This document shows, piece by piece, positions 42,261 through 50,174 of a stretch of DNA of 51,703 nucleotides (position 1 is its first letter; every line of letters starts with the position of its first letter). The DNA comes from a bacterium (lineage in GTDB: Bacteria; Verrucomicrobiota; Kiritimatiellia; RFP12; CAIWXQ01). A model generated the notes under the pieces. It worked only from the letters and a program-made list of their open reading frames with translations. It searched no databases and was not told where the DNA came from. Position numbers and translations under genes: made by a program. The stretch covers positions 1 to 51,703 of the forward strand of contig JBAXVM010000001.1 of NCBI GenBank assembly GCA_037129105.1, read 5' to 3'.

Positions 42261-43556
42261 ATGAAACTGATCGTCCAATCCGAAAACCCGCTCCGCGGTG
42301 AAGTCATTGTGCCCGGCGACAAATCGCTCTCGCACCGCGCCGCGCTTTTTGCCGCGCTGGCCGAGGGCGAAAGCGTCGTGGATCGCTTCCTGGTCTCCGG
42401 CGTCACGCGCGCCATGCTGGACGTGCTGACCGGCCTGGGCGTGGCGTGGCAGGTGAAGGAGCAGCGGCTGACCGTCTGCGGCACCGGCCTCAATGGACTG
42501 CGTGCGCCAGTCGTTCCGCTCGACTGCCGCAACTCCGCCACCACGATCCGCCTGCTCGCAGGTGCCGTGGCTGCCACGGGCATCGACGCCACGCTCGACG
42601 GCTCCGCCGGCCTGCGCCGCCGCCCCATGAACCGCATCGTCGAGCCGTTGCGCCGCATGGGCGTTGAAATCACACCTGCCGCCAACGACTGTGCGCCCCT
42701 GCACCTGCACGGACGCCTCCCGGACCAGCCGATCCACACCATGGACTACACCCTCCCCGTGGCGAGCGCACAGGTCAAGTCCTGCCTGCTCCTGGCCGCC
42801 CTCGGCGCAGACAAACCCGTGACCCTCCGCGAACCCGGCCCCTCCCGTGACCACACGGAACGCATGCTGCGCGCCATGGGCGTGCGCGTGGAAACACCCG
42901 CGCCCCACACCGTAACCCTCCACCCGCCCACTGAACCGCTGCAACCCCTGCACATGCAACTCGCCGGCGACATCTCCGCCGCCGCTTTCCTGATCGTGGC
43001 TGCCACCATCACGCCCGGTTCGGAGATCCTGCTGCGCGACGTCGGCCTGAATCCAACCCGCACCGGCCTGCTCGATGCCCTGCGCGCCATGGGCGCGGAC
43101 ATCCGCGCCACCAACCTGCGCGAATGGTCAGGCGAACCTGTGGGCGACCTCCTCGTGCGCCACAGCCAGCTGCGCGCCACACGCGTGGCAGGTGATCTGG
43201 TCGTGCGCATGATCGACGAATTCCCGGTCTTTGCCGTGGCTGCCGCCTGCGCGGACGGCGTCACCGAAGTGCGCGAAGCCGAGGAGTTGCGCCACAAGGA
43301 GAGCGACCGCATCTCGGCCCTGGCCCATGAACTGCAAGCTATCGGCGTGGCTATCGAACCGCTCCCGGACGGGTTCCGCATCACCGGCGGACCTGTGGCA
43401 GGTGGAACTGTCACCCCTCACGGCGACCATCGCATCGCCATGTCCTGCGCCGTGGCCGGCCTGGTCGCCCGCGCGCCTGTGATTGTCGAAGGCGCCGAGA
43501 TCATGCACGAATCGTTCCCCGCCTTCGGCGAAACCCTGCAGGCGCTGCGAGCCTAG
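42261..43556 (+). CDS. aroA: 3-phosphoshikimate 1-carboxyvinyltransferase (EPSP synthase)
   Basis: LRGEVIVPGDKSLSHRAALFAALAEG, LDCRNSATTIRLL, RHKESDRI. Confidence 0.95.
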   Translation: MKLIVQSENPLRGEVIVPGDKSLSHRAALFAALAEGESVVDRFLVSGVTRAMLDVLTGLGVAWQVKEQRLTVCGTGLNGLRAPVVPLDCRNSATTIRLLAGAVAATGIDATLDGSAGLRRRPMNRIVEPLRRMGVEITPAANDCAPLHLHGRLPDQPIHTMDYTLPVASAQVKSCLLLAALGADKPVTLREPGPSRDHTERMLRAMGVRVETPAPHTVTLHPPTEPLQPLHMQLAGDISAAAFLIVAATITPGSEILLRDVGLNPTRTGLLDALRAMGADIRATNLREWSGEPVGDLLVRHSQLRATRVAGDLVVRMIDEFPVFAVAAACADGVTEVREAEELRHKESDRISALAHELQAIGVAIEPLPDGFRITGGPVAGGTVTPHGDHRIAMSCAVAGLVARAPVIVEGAEIMHESFPAFGETLQALRA

Positions 43557-43614
43557 GAGATTGTCGGACTTAGGCCTCGGATCAGTCTGGAGCCTCCTGC
43601 CGACAGTCTCCTAG
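43553..43614 (+). repeat. Family-1 hairpin repeat (GAGAT/GTCTC subfamily), forward; its first TAG is the aroA stop
   Basis: ctaggagattgtcggacttaggcc...ctcctgccgacagtctcctag; the stem contains one T:G pair. Confidence 0.85.
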
Positions 43615-43649
43615 TAAGGGAAACCCGCCGAAACGGTTGGCGAATGGTC
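43611..43649 (+). repeat. Family-2 end fragment
   Basis: ctagtaagggaaacccgccgaaacggttggcgaatggtc matches the reverse complement of 133-170. Confidence 0.6.
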
Positions 43650-43659
43650 TGTATTCTTC

Positions 43660-43874
43660 AAGGGACCCGAGGGATAAGGGACCGAAGGGCTTGAATCGGT
43701 ATTTCCTGGAGATTACACTGCAGTTTATCCAGCACGAAGGCGTTTGTCGGCCGTCGGCACCGGAACGATCAGGGCCGGTGAACCTACCCGAAAACCTCGT
43801 CTGGCGCTGGCGACTCGCGTAACCGCTCGCCCTCCCTTCCGTCCCTCGGGTCACTGCCGTCCCTCGGGTCCCTT
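43660..43874. repeat. 215-nt segment bracketed by a 15-bp perfect inverted repeat (MITE-like), containing a relic of a family-1 copy
   Basis: AAGGGACCCGAGGGA (43660-43674) is the reverse complement of 43860-43874. CCGTCCCTCGGGTC is duplicated at 43839 and 43857. A family-1 relic is at 43745-43776. Confidence 0.45.
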
Positions 43875-43957
43875 CCAACAAAACCTGTTAGGTTTTGCGC
43901 TTCTCCGCGGATATAAAGTTGAACCGTAGCTATGTTCAACCATAACTGGAGAGATGC

Positions 43958-44641
43958 ATGAAGATCGCGAAGGCAGTGTCGTTTCTGGCGGTGTTGTTAG
44001 TCAGCATGCAAGCAACAGACTGGGCGCAAGCCGCAGGAGCATGCGGTGGAGGTGGTGGTGTCAGGCCAGCACCTCAGGGGAACTGTGGCGGAGGGGGTGG
44101 TTCTCCGGCCGTGGTGCTTCCGCCTGTCAAGGTCACGGTGGCAAGAGTCGTGGATTGCGAGGGGAAGATTGACTATCTGACCTGCAAGACAGCGGCGGAA
44201 GTTACAAAGAGACGCGAAGAACTGAAGAATAAATACGAAACAGCCTTGGTTTGGTGGAAGAATGTGGACGAAAGTTTTGCGAAACAGGGTTTGAAGAACG
44301 AGCGGGTGGCGCCGGTGGAGCCGATTGTAGATGTCATCCAGGCGGATATCTTGAAGAAAGAAGCCGCCGGGGCCATACAGAAGACAAAGGACTGGGCCGT
44401 GTATGAGATCGCCACAACCCCTCGCACAAAGCGCGTGTTGTCGTATGCCGGATCCGACGGATTCGCCAAGGCTCTGGCAGATGCCGAATTTGCGCGCGTA
44501 TACAATCAGTGGGTCAAGGGCGGAAAAAAAGACGGGGAAGAACCGAAAGCGCCAACCGTAAGCAAGGTGGGTGATTCGGCCAACAAGGAGCAGGCGCAGA
44601 AACTACTTTCTGCCAGGCCAACGGGTTGCAGCACAAAGTAA
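43958..44641 (+). CDS. hypothetical secreted protein with two CGGGGG motifs and a Lys/Glu-rich body
   Basis: 227 aa with signal peptide MKIAKAVSFLAVLLVSMQATDWAQA and a GGAGAG SD. Composition looks more AT-rich than its neighbours by eye. Confidence 0.55.
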   Translation: MKIAKAVSFLAVLLVSMQATDWAQAAGACGGGGGVRPAPQGNCGGGGGSPAVVLPPVKVTVARVVDCEGKIDYLTCKTAAEVTKRREELKNKYETALVWWKNVDESFAKQGLKNERVAPVEPIVDVIQADILKKEAAGAIQKTKDWAVYEIATTPRTKRVLSYAGSDGFAKALADAEFARVYNQWVKGGKKDGEEPKAPTVSKVGDSANKEQAQKLLSARPTGCSTK

Positions 44642-44680
44642 ACCGAAGCCAGCCCATGGGGTAAAGACGCGAGCTGCAGC

Positions 44681-44770
44681 AGTTCTAATTATGGCGCCAA
44701 AACGCCTTACGGCGTCACTACAAACGGCCTCGAAATGGCAAAATGCCGTTCGTAGTGTACCCGTAAGGGC
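44681..44770 (-). repeat. Family-3 (H) hairpin repeat, copy H2 (inverted), with the shared flank GCGCCA-AATTAGAAC
   Basis: Reverse complement reads GCCCTTACGGGTACACTACGAACGG...CCGTTTGTAGTGACGCCGTAAGGCGTTTTGGCGCCATAATTAGAACT. Confidence 0.8.
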
Positions 44771-44870
44771 ATTCGTGTCGCCATCATGAGAACTGCTGCG
44801 CGAACTGTTCAACGCATTGTGATCTTGCTATCCTTGCTCCAACAACGAAGATTAGAAGCGAGGGCTCGCC

Positions 44871-45404
44871 ATGAACAGCGACCAGAATCACGAAGCCTTC
44901 GAAAAGCTCTTCCTGCCGGTGCAGACTTCGTTGCGCGGCTACTTGTTCGCCACGACACGGGACTGGACCGCAACGGACGAGCTGTTCCAGGAGGTTGCCA
45001 CGACTCTCTGGCGGAAATTTGACAAATTCGACGACTCTCGCAGTTTCCGCGCCTGGGCGCTCGGCATGGCCAGGCTTCAGGTTCTCAAACGGCGACAGGC
45101 CTTTGCCAGATCCCGACTCGTTTTTTCGGAAGAGCTGATGGATGCACTGGCCACCGTGGCAGGCAACGAGACCAAGGACGAAGACTGGCGTCTCCCGCAT
45201 CTGGCCGCGTGCATGGAAAAACTCCCGCCCAACGACAGGGAATTGATGGCCATGCGTTTCGAGCAGGATCTCTCCCTGGCCGAAATCGGCCGCAAGATCC
45301 ACAAAAGCGTGGAAGCCGCAGGAATGTCCATGATGCGGATTCGCCGCTGGCTGCGCGATTGCATGGTGAAGACCATGGCCATGGAGAAGGCAGGTGTGCA
45401 ATGA
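44871..45404 (+). CDS. ECF-type RNA polymerase sigma factor (Planctomycete/Verrucomicrobium-type)
   Basis: 177 aa. Region 2: DELFQEVATTLWRKFDKFD...FRAWALGMAR. Region 4: LSLAEIGRKIHKSVEAAGMSMMRIRRWL. Confidence 0.85.
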   Translation: MNSDQNHEAFEKLFLPVQTSLRGYLFATTRDWTATDELFQEVATTLWRKFDKFDDSRSFRAWALGMARLQVLKRRQAFARSRLVFSEELMDALATVAGNETKDEDWRLPHLAACMEKLPPNDRELMAMRFEQDLSLAEIGRKIHKSVEAAGMSMMRIRRWLRDCMVKTMAMEKAGVQ

Positions 45405-46840
45405 TGGACCGGAACGCTGAACAACTTATTTCGCATTATCTGGACGGCGTGGAAACACCCGAAGAGTTCGCACAACTGGAACAACGGGCGCTGCAAGATC
45501 CGGCCCTGCGACGCGAACTTATTCGCCTGGCGACCCTGGACACAGTGTCGCGTTCCCTTCTCAAAGAAACCGCCGCAGCCAGGGATTTCGCCGCGCATGA
45601 GGCACGGGCTATCTCCGTGGCGCCCAGCCTCTGGCAAACCTGGTGGTTCCGTGGTGCCGCAGCCGCGGCCGCGCTGGTGGCATGCGTGGGCGGAGTCAAC
45701 CTGTGGCAGGCCAGACAGGCAGAGAAGGCCGTGGTCGCGACGCTGGTGGAAGCCAGGGGGCAGGTGTCAGGGTTCAGGGTTCAGGTGTCAGGGGGCAGGT
45801 TTCAGGGTTCAGGGAGTCCGGAGTCCGGAGTCCGGAGTCCCGCCACCCTCAGCCCCGGCACCCGCCTGTCGCTCGGACCCGACGGCTACGCAAAGCTGGC
45901 CTATGCTGATGGCACCCTCGTAGAGTTGCAGAAGAACACGTCCCTGACGCTCAGCGCAGGGCAGAAAACACGGCTTTTCGGGCTGGTCACGGAGTTGCGC
46001 GGCAAGCGGATCCAGCTCGATTTCGGCATGCTCGCGGCGCAGGTGGCAAAGCAGAAAGCTGGCGAGGAGATGGCACTCGCCACACCGAATGCCACAGCCA
46101 CGGTCAAAGGCACGGTTCTGCAGCTCACGGTGACGCAAACCCGCTCGGAGCTGAAGGTCCAGGAAGGCACAGTCGAACTGGCGACCGGGACCCAGCGGGA
46201 ACTCGTCGGCGCCGGCGAATCCGCGATTGTGCGCGATGGCATACTGAGCAAGGAAGGGTTGCACGAAGACGGCGCGATCCTGTTCCAGGATACGTTCGAG
46301 ACGGGGCTCAGAAACTGGACCCTCTACACGCGGCACGATACGGGCAATATCTCCGAAACCACAGAGAAGCAATGCCCGGCAATTTCGATTGTCACCGCAG
46401 ATCGCGAAGGCGTGACAAGGCATGTGGCGGCGCTGACCGGTGGCGGGCCGGCCGGCAGACGTGTGGGCATCGTCACGAAGAACTTCGACTGCAAGTCAGA
46501 CGCCTTCAGCCTGAACTATGAGTACACCTACGAGGGACACGAACGTCCAGCCATGGAAGGGATCGAGATCTACATGGAGACGCTGGTGCTCGCCAAAGGC
46601 AAGACCCTGCCACAGGCAAAACCGGCCGGCGAATGGAATCAGGTGCGGTGGGAGATCGTGCGAGCGAACGATCCGGAGGGCAAAGGACGCATGTTGTACG
46701 ACGCCAAACTCTTCTTCAATGGTGAATACCTCGGCCGACGGACCGAGAATTTTGAGCACGCCAGTCCGGGTCTGATGCTGGAAGTAATCGACGGCCCGTT
46801 TCGCTTCGCGAGTGTGACAATCCGGGAGCTGAAGAAGTAG
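45401..46840 (+). CDS. anti-sigma factor: N-terminal anti-sigma domain, TM helix, FecR-like domain, C-terminal DUF1080/LamG-like domain
   Basis: ATGA overlap with the sigma gene stop (the ORF extends upstream to 45209). TM helix is WWFRGAAAAAALVACVGGVNLW. FecR-like segment is TATVKGTVLQLTVTQTRSELKVQEGTVEL. The C-terminal end has GEWNQVRWEIV...FNGEYLG...FRFASVTIRELK. Confidence 0.75.
   Translation: MMDRNAEQLISHYLDGVETPEEFAQLEQRALQDPALRRELIRLATLDTVSRSLLKETAAARDFAAHEARAISVAPSLWQTWWFRGAAAAAALVACVGGVNLWQARQAEKAVVATLVEARGQVSGFRVQVSGGRFQGSGSPESGVRSPATLSPGTRLSLGPDGYAKLAYADGTLVELQKNTSLTLSAGQKTRLFGLVTELRGKRIQLDFGMLAAQVAKQKAGEEMALATPNATATVKGTVLQLTVTQTRSELKVQEGTVELATGTQRELVGAGESAIVRDGILSKEGLHEDGAILFQDTFETGLRNWTLYTRHDTGNISETTEKQCPAISIVTADREGVTRHVAALTGGGPAGRRVGIVTKNFDCKSDAFSLNYEYTYEGHERPAMEGIEIYMETLVLAKGKTLPQAKPAGEWNQVRWEIVRANDPEGKGRMLYDAKLFFNGEYLGRRTENFEHASPGLMLEVIDGPFRFASVTIRELKK
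45757..45840 (+). repeat. Tandem heptanucleotide tract inside the anti-sigma gene: 8 x GNNNCAG then 4 x GGAGTCC
   Basis: GGGGCAG GTGTCAG GGTTCAG GGTTCAG GTGTCAG GGGGCAG GTTTCAG GGTTCAG GGAGTCC x4; 12 units total 84 nt and are in frame. Confidence 0.9.
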
Positions 46841-46938
46841 CCGGCTGTCGGAGCAATGGTTGCTTGTTCACCCAAGGATTGCTAGGCTATCGTCTGTTTT
46901 CCGGTTCTGTATTCGGTTATTGACCCGAGGACCCACTC

Positions 46939-48108
46939 ATGAGCCTACGTTTTCTCACATCCGGCGAATCCCATGGACCCGCCTTGACCGCCATTCTCGA
47001 CGGGCTGCCGGCCGGGCTGGCCATTACGCCGGAGATCATCGCCGCTGATCTGGGCCGACGGCAGCGTGGCGCCGGTTCCGGCGGCCGCATGGCCATCGAG
47101 CAGGACCAGGCGCAAATCCTCGGCGGCGTCATGGAAGGGCGCACCACCGGCGCGCCTGTCTCCCTCCTGATCACCAATAAGGATCATGCCAACTGGCAGG
47201 GGAAGGCCATCCCTCCGTTCACCATCCCCCGCCCCGGTCATGCGGACCTGCCCGCTGCAGTCAAATACGGCTATGACGATCTGCGGCTGGCGCTGGAGCG
47301 CGCCTCGGCGCGCGAAACCGCGGCGCGTGTGGCCGTGGGCGCGCTCTGCCGCGCCTACCTCAAGACCTTCGGCATCGAGGTCGGCGGCTGGGTAGCTGCC
47401 ATCGGCGGCGTAACAGCCGAAACCAAACGCCTGCTCCTGGATAAATGCGTGGAGTCTGCGCGCGCTTCAGATGTCTCCTGCCCGGACCCGGATGCGGCCG
47501 CACAGATGCGTGCGGCCATCAACACCGCGGCCGAGCAGGGCGAAACGCTCGGCGGCGTGGTGGAAGTGATCGCCACCGGCGTGCCCGTCGGCCTGGGCTC
47601 ACACGTGCAATGGGACCGCAAGCTGACCACGCGCCTAGCCGCCGCGCTCATGGGCATCCCAGCCACCAAGGGGGTCGAGATCGGCGAAGCCTTTGCCAAT
47701 GCCGCTCTGGCCGGCTCGCAGGTGCAGGATGCCATACGCGTCGCGGATGACCGCCTGGTGCGCACCACCAACCGCTGCGGCGGCATTGAAGGCGGCATCT
47801 CCAACGGCCAGCCCATTGTGGTGCGCATCGCCATAAAGCCGATCCCCACCACGCGCAAATCGCAATCCTCCGTGGACCTGGTCGGGGGCGCGGAAGTCGG
47901 CACCAAGTACGAGCGCTCAGATGTCTGCCCTGTGCCCCGCGCCGTGCCCGTGGTCGAGGCCATGGTGGCGTATGTTCTGGCCGATGCCCTGCTGGAAAAG
48001 CTCGGCGGCGACAGTATTGCCGAGCAGGAACCTCGGTTTGCGCAGTTGCGCAAGGCCGAGTTGACCGGCCTGTCCCTGACCGGACAGCCGCACATCTTCT
48101 GGCCATAA
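46939..48108 (+). CDS. aroC: chorismate synthase
   Basis: MSLRFLTSGESHGPALTAILDGLPAG, GRSSARETAARV-like ERASARETAARV. Confidence 0.95.
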   Translation: MSLRFLTSGESHGPALTAILDGLPAGLAITPEIIAADLGRRQRGAGSGGRMAIEQDQAQILGGVMEGRTTGAPVSLLITNKDHANWQGKAIPPFTIPRPGHADLPAAVKYGYDDLRLALERASARETAARVAVGALCRAYLKTFGIEVGGWVAAIGGVTAETKRLLLDKCVESARASDVSCPDPDAAAQMRAAINTAAEQGETLGGVVEVIATGVPVGLGSHVQWDRKLTTRLAAALMGIPATKGVEIGEAFANAALAGSQVQDAIRVADDRLVRTTNRCGGIEGGISNGQPIVVRIAIKPIPTTRKSQSSVDLVGGAEVGTKYERSDVCPVPRAVPVVEAMVAYVLADALLEKLGGDSIAEQEPRFAQLRKAELTGLSLTGQPHIFWP

Positions 48109-48205
48109 ATTTCGCTGGCAAGGGATTTATTTGCGGCCTTCGGCCGACAACCACAGCAAGCATGTCATGTGCAGCAAATGAGCAGTCCGTGTTATCGTGC
48201 AATAA

Positions 48206-48229
48206 TTCCACACGTTTAAACGTGTGGAA
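48206..48229. repeat. Perfect 24-nt palindrome downstream of aroC
   Basis: TTCCACACGTTTAAACGTGTGGAA; no U tract follows. Confidence 0.4.
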
Positions 48230-48271
48230 ATCCGAAAACTCACTTGTTGGCACAAGCATTCAGACGCGAAA

Positions 48272-48359
48272 GCCCTTACGGGCACACTACAAGCGGTTTA
48301 TTGCCATTGCGAGCCCGTTTGTAGTGACGCCGTAAGGCGTTCAGCGCCAGAATTAGAAC
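48272..48359 (+). repeat. Family-3 (H) hairpin repeat, copy H3, with the shared flank
   Basis: GCCCTTACGGGCACACTACAAGCGG...CCCGTTTGTAGTGACGCCGTAAGGCGTTCAGCGCCAGAATTAGAAC. Confidence 0.8.
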
Positions 48360-48454
48360 AATGGCATCGAATGTTGTGCTCTTTAGTCAAGATTTGTTAT
48401 CGTTCGTGTCGGAGTTCCCTGTTCGATATTCTGCCATTTGAAAGCCACCCCTTC

Positions 48455-50065
48455 ATGAACGATCTCTTCTATCTCTACGGTCCTCCCGGCAGCGGCAAGA
48501 CCACGCTAGGCCAGTTGCTGGCCAAGCGGCTGGATCTGCCGTTCATAGACCTGGACGCGCGCATCGTTGCCAAAGCCGGCAAGCCGATCCCCGCCATCTT
48601 TGCCAGCGAAGGGGAACCCGCCTTCCGCGCGCTGGAGACCGAATGCCTGCGGCAGGTGGTGGCGGAAGGTCGCGGCGTCGCAGCCCTGGGCGGCGGCGCG
48701 CTGCTGGCGCCGGTCAACCGTGCGCTGGCGGAAGATACCGGGCACGTGCTCTGCCTGGATGCCACCCTGGAAGTGCTCGAAGCCCGCGTAGCCAAAGCGC
48801 CGGGCACGCGTCCGCTGCTCGCAGACAAACCTGCCGAGGGCACCGCGGCGACCGGCGCGACCGGCGCGACCGCCGCCCCCCCACCCCGACCGCTGGCAGA
48901 ACTGCTGGCCAAGCGCGCCACGCACTATGCCTCCTTTGCACGGCGTCTGCGCATTGGCGATGGCACGCCCGAGGAGGACGCGGATGCGGCGCAGATCACC
49001 TTTGGCGCCTTTCGCGTGCGCGGCATGGGCACCGCCTACCCCGTGCGCGTCGGCGCGGACTGGCTGGATGGGCTTGGCGGTCTCTTCCAATCCCACGGCT
49101 GGAACGGACGCGCCATCGTCGTCGGCGACACCCACACGATCCCGCTTCACGGGGCGCGCGTAAAGCAACTGCTCACCACGGCCGGCATCGACACGCACCT
49201 CTGCACGATTCCAGCCGGCGAAGCCACCAAGACCATCCAGACCGTCCAATTGATCTGGCAGGCCTTCCTCGATGCCCACATCGAGCGCGGCGACATCGTG
49301 CTGGCCCTGGGCGGCGGCGTGGTGGGCGACCTGACCGGTTTTGCCGCATCCACCTGGCTGCGCGGCGTGCGCTGGGTCGGGCTGCCCACCTCCCTGCTGT
49401 CCATGGCCGACTCCAGCCTGGGCGGTAAAACCGGCGCAGACCTGCCGCAGGGCAAGAATTTGATCGGCGCGTTTCATTCGCCCGCGCTGGTGCTGGCAGA
49501 CACGGAAACGCTGGTCACGCTGCCGGACGACGAGTTCCGCTCCGGGCTGGCAGAAGTTGTCAAACACGGGCTGCTGTCTGACCCGGATCTCTTCGATCTC
49601 TGCGCGGAAGGGTTCGACCGGTTGCGCGCCGATGTTTCCGGCGAATTTGTCAGCCGCGCCATGGCTGTTAAGATCCGTGCCATCGAGCAGGACCCGTACG
49701 AAAAAGGGATCCGTGCCTCGCTGAACCTTGGCCACACCATTGGGCACGGCATTGAAACAGCCTCCGGATTCACCCTGCGTCATGGCGAAGCCGTAGCCAT
49801 CGGCCTGGTGGCTGAGGCCCGCGTGTCTGAGCGCATGGGGCTGGCGCACCGCGGGCTGGCGGACCTGATCATCGGCGTGCTCAAAGGGATCGGCCTGCCC
49901 ACGGAGATCCCGGCCAACCTGGACCGCTCCAGCGTACGCGCGGCCATTCAACTCGACAAAAAACGCGCCGCTGGCGTTGTCCGCTTCGCGCTGCCCCTCT
50001 GCATTGGTGAAGCGCGGGTGGGCGTAGCGGTGGAAGAGAACGTGCTGGCCGAGGTGCTGGGATAA
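48455..50065 (+). CDS. aroB: bifunctional shikimate kinase / 3-dehydroquinate synthase (AroK-AroB fusion)
   Basis: Start at MNDLFYLYGPPGSGKTTLGQ (the ORF extends to 48224 through repeat H3). AroK has the P-loop and LDARIV. The linker is coded by GCGACCGGC x3. AroB has GGGVVGDLTGFAAS and HTIGHGIE. Confidence 0.9.
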   Translation: MNDLFYLYGPPGSGKTTLGQLLAKRLDLPFIDLDARIVAKAGKPIPAIFASEGEPAFRALETECLRQVVAEGRGVAALGGGALLAPVNRALAEDTGHVLCLDATLEVLEARVAKAPGTRPLLADKPAEGTAATGATGATAAPPPRPLAELLAKRATHYASFARRLRIGDGTPEEDADAAQITFGAFRVRGMGTAYPVRVGADWLDGLGGLFQSHGWNGRAIVVGDTHTIPLHGARVKQLLTTAGIDTHLCTIPAGEATKTIQTVQLIWQAFLDAHIERGDIVLALGGGVVGDLTGFAASTWLRGVRWVGLPTSLLSMADSSLGGKTGADLPQGKNLIGAFHSPALVLADTETLVTLPDDEFRSGLAEVVKHGLLSDPDLFDLCAEGFDRLRADVSGEFVSRAMAVKIRAIEQDPYEKGIRASLNLGHTIGHGIETASGFTLRHGEAVAIGLVAEARVSERMGLAHRGLADLIIGVLKGIGLPTEIPANLDRSSVRAAIQLDKKRAAGVVRFALPLCIGEARVGVAVEENVLAEVLG

Positions 50066-50174
50066 TGCCGCAAATCCGTGACGTGCGGGGATGGATTGTG
50101 CCCGACTGCGCAAAGGGATATAGTGTGCATCCGCTGATCTGTAGTGACCGCCAAACAATTTTTTGGGTAATTTC

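Noticed and set aside
44603-44812. Similar peptides (ALTGTL..CH.E.VCSDAVRR) in ORF 44603..44812 (-) and in the N-terminal extension of ORF 48224..50065
   Set aside because: The similarity comes from translating two copies of the H repeat. The third copy (H1) is not in an ORF. The aroK/aroB protein clearly begins at the P-loop-proximal ATG at 48455.
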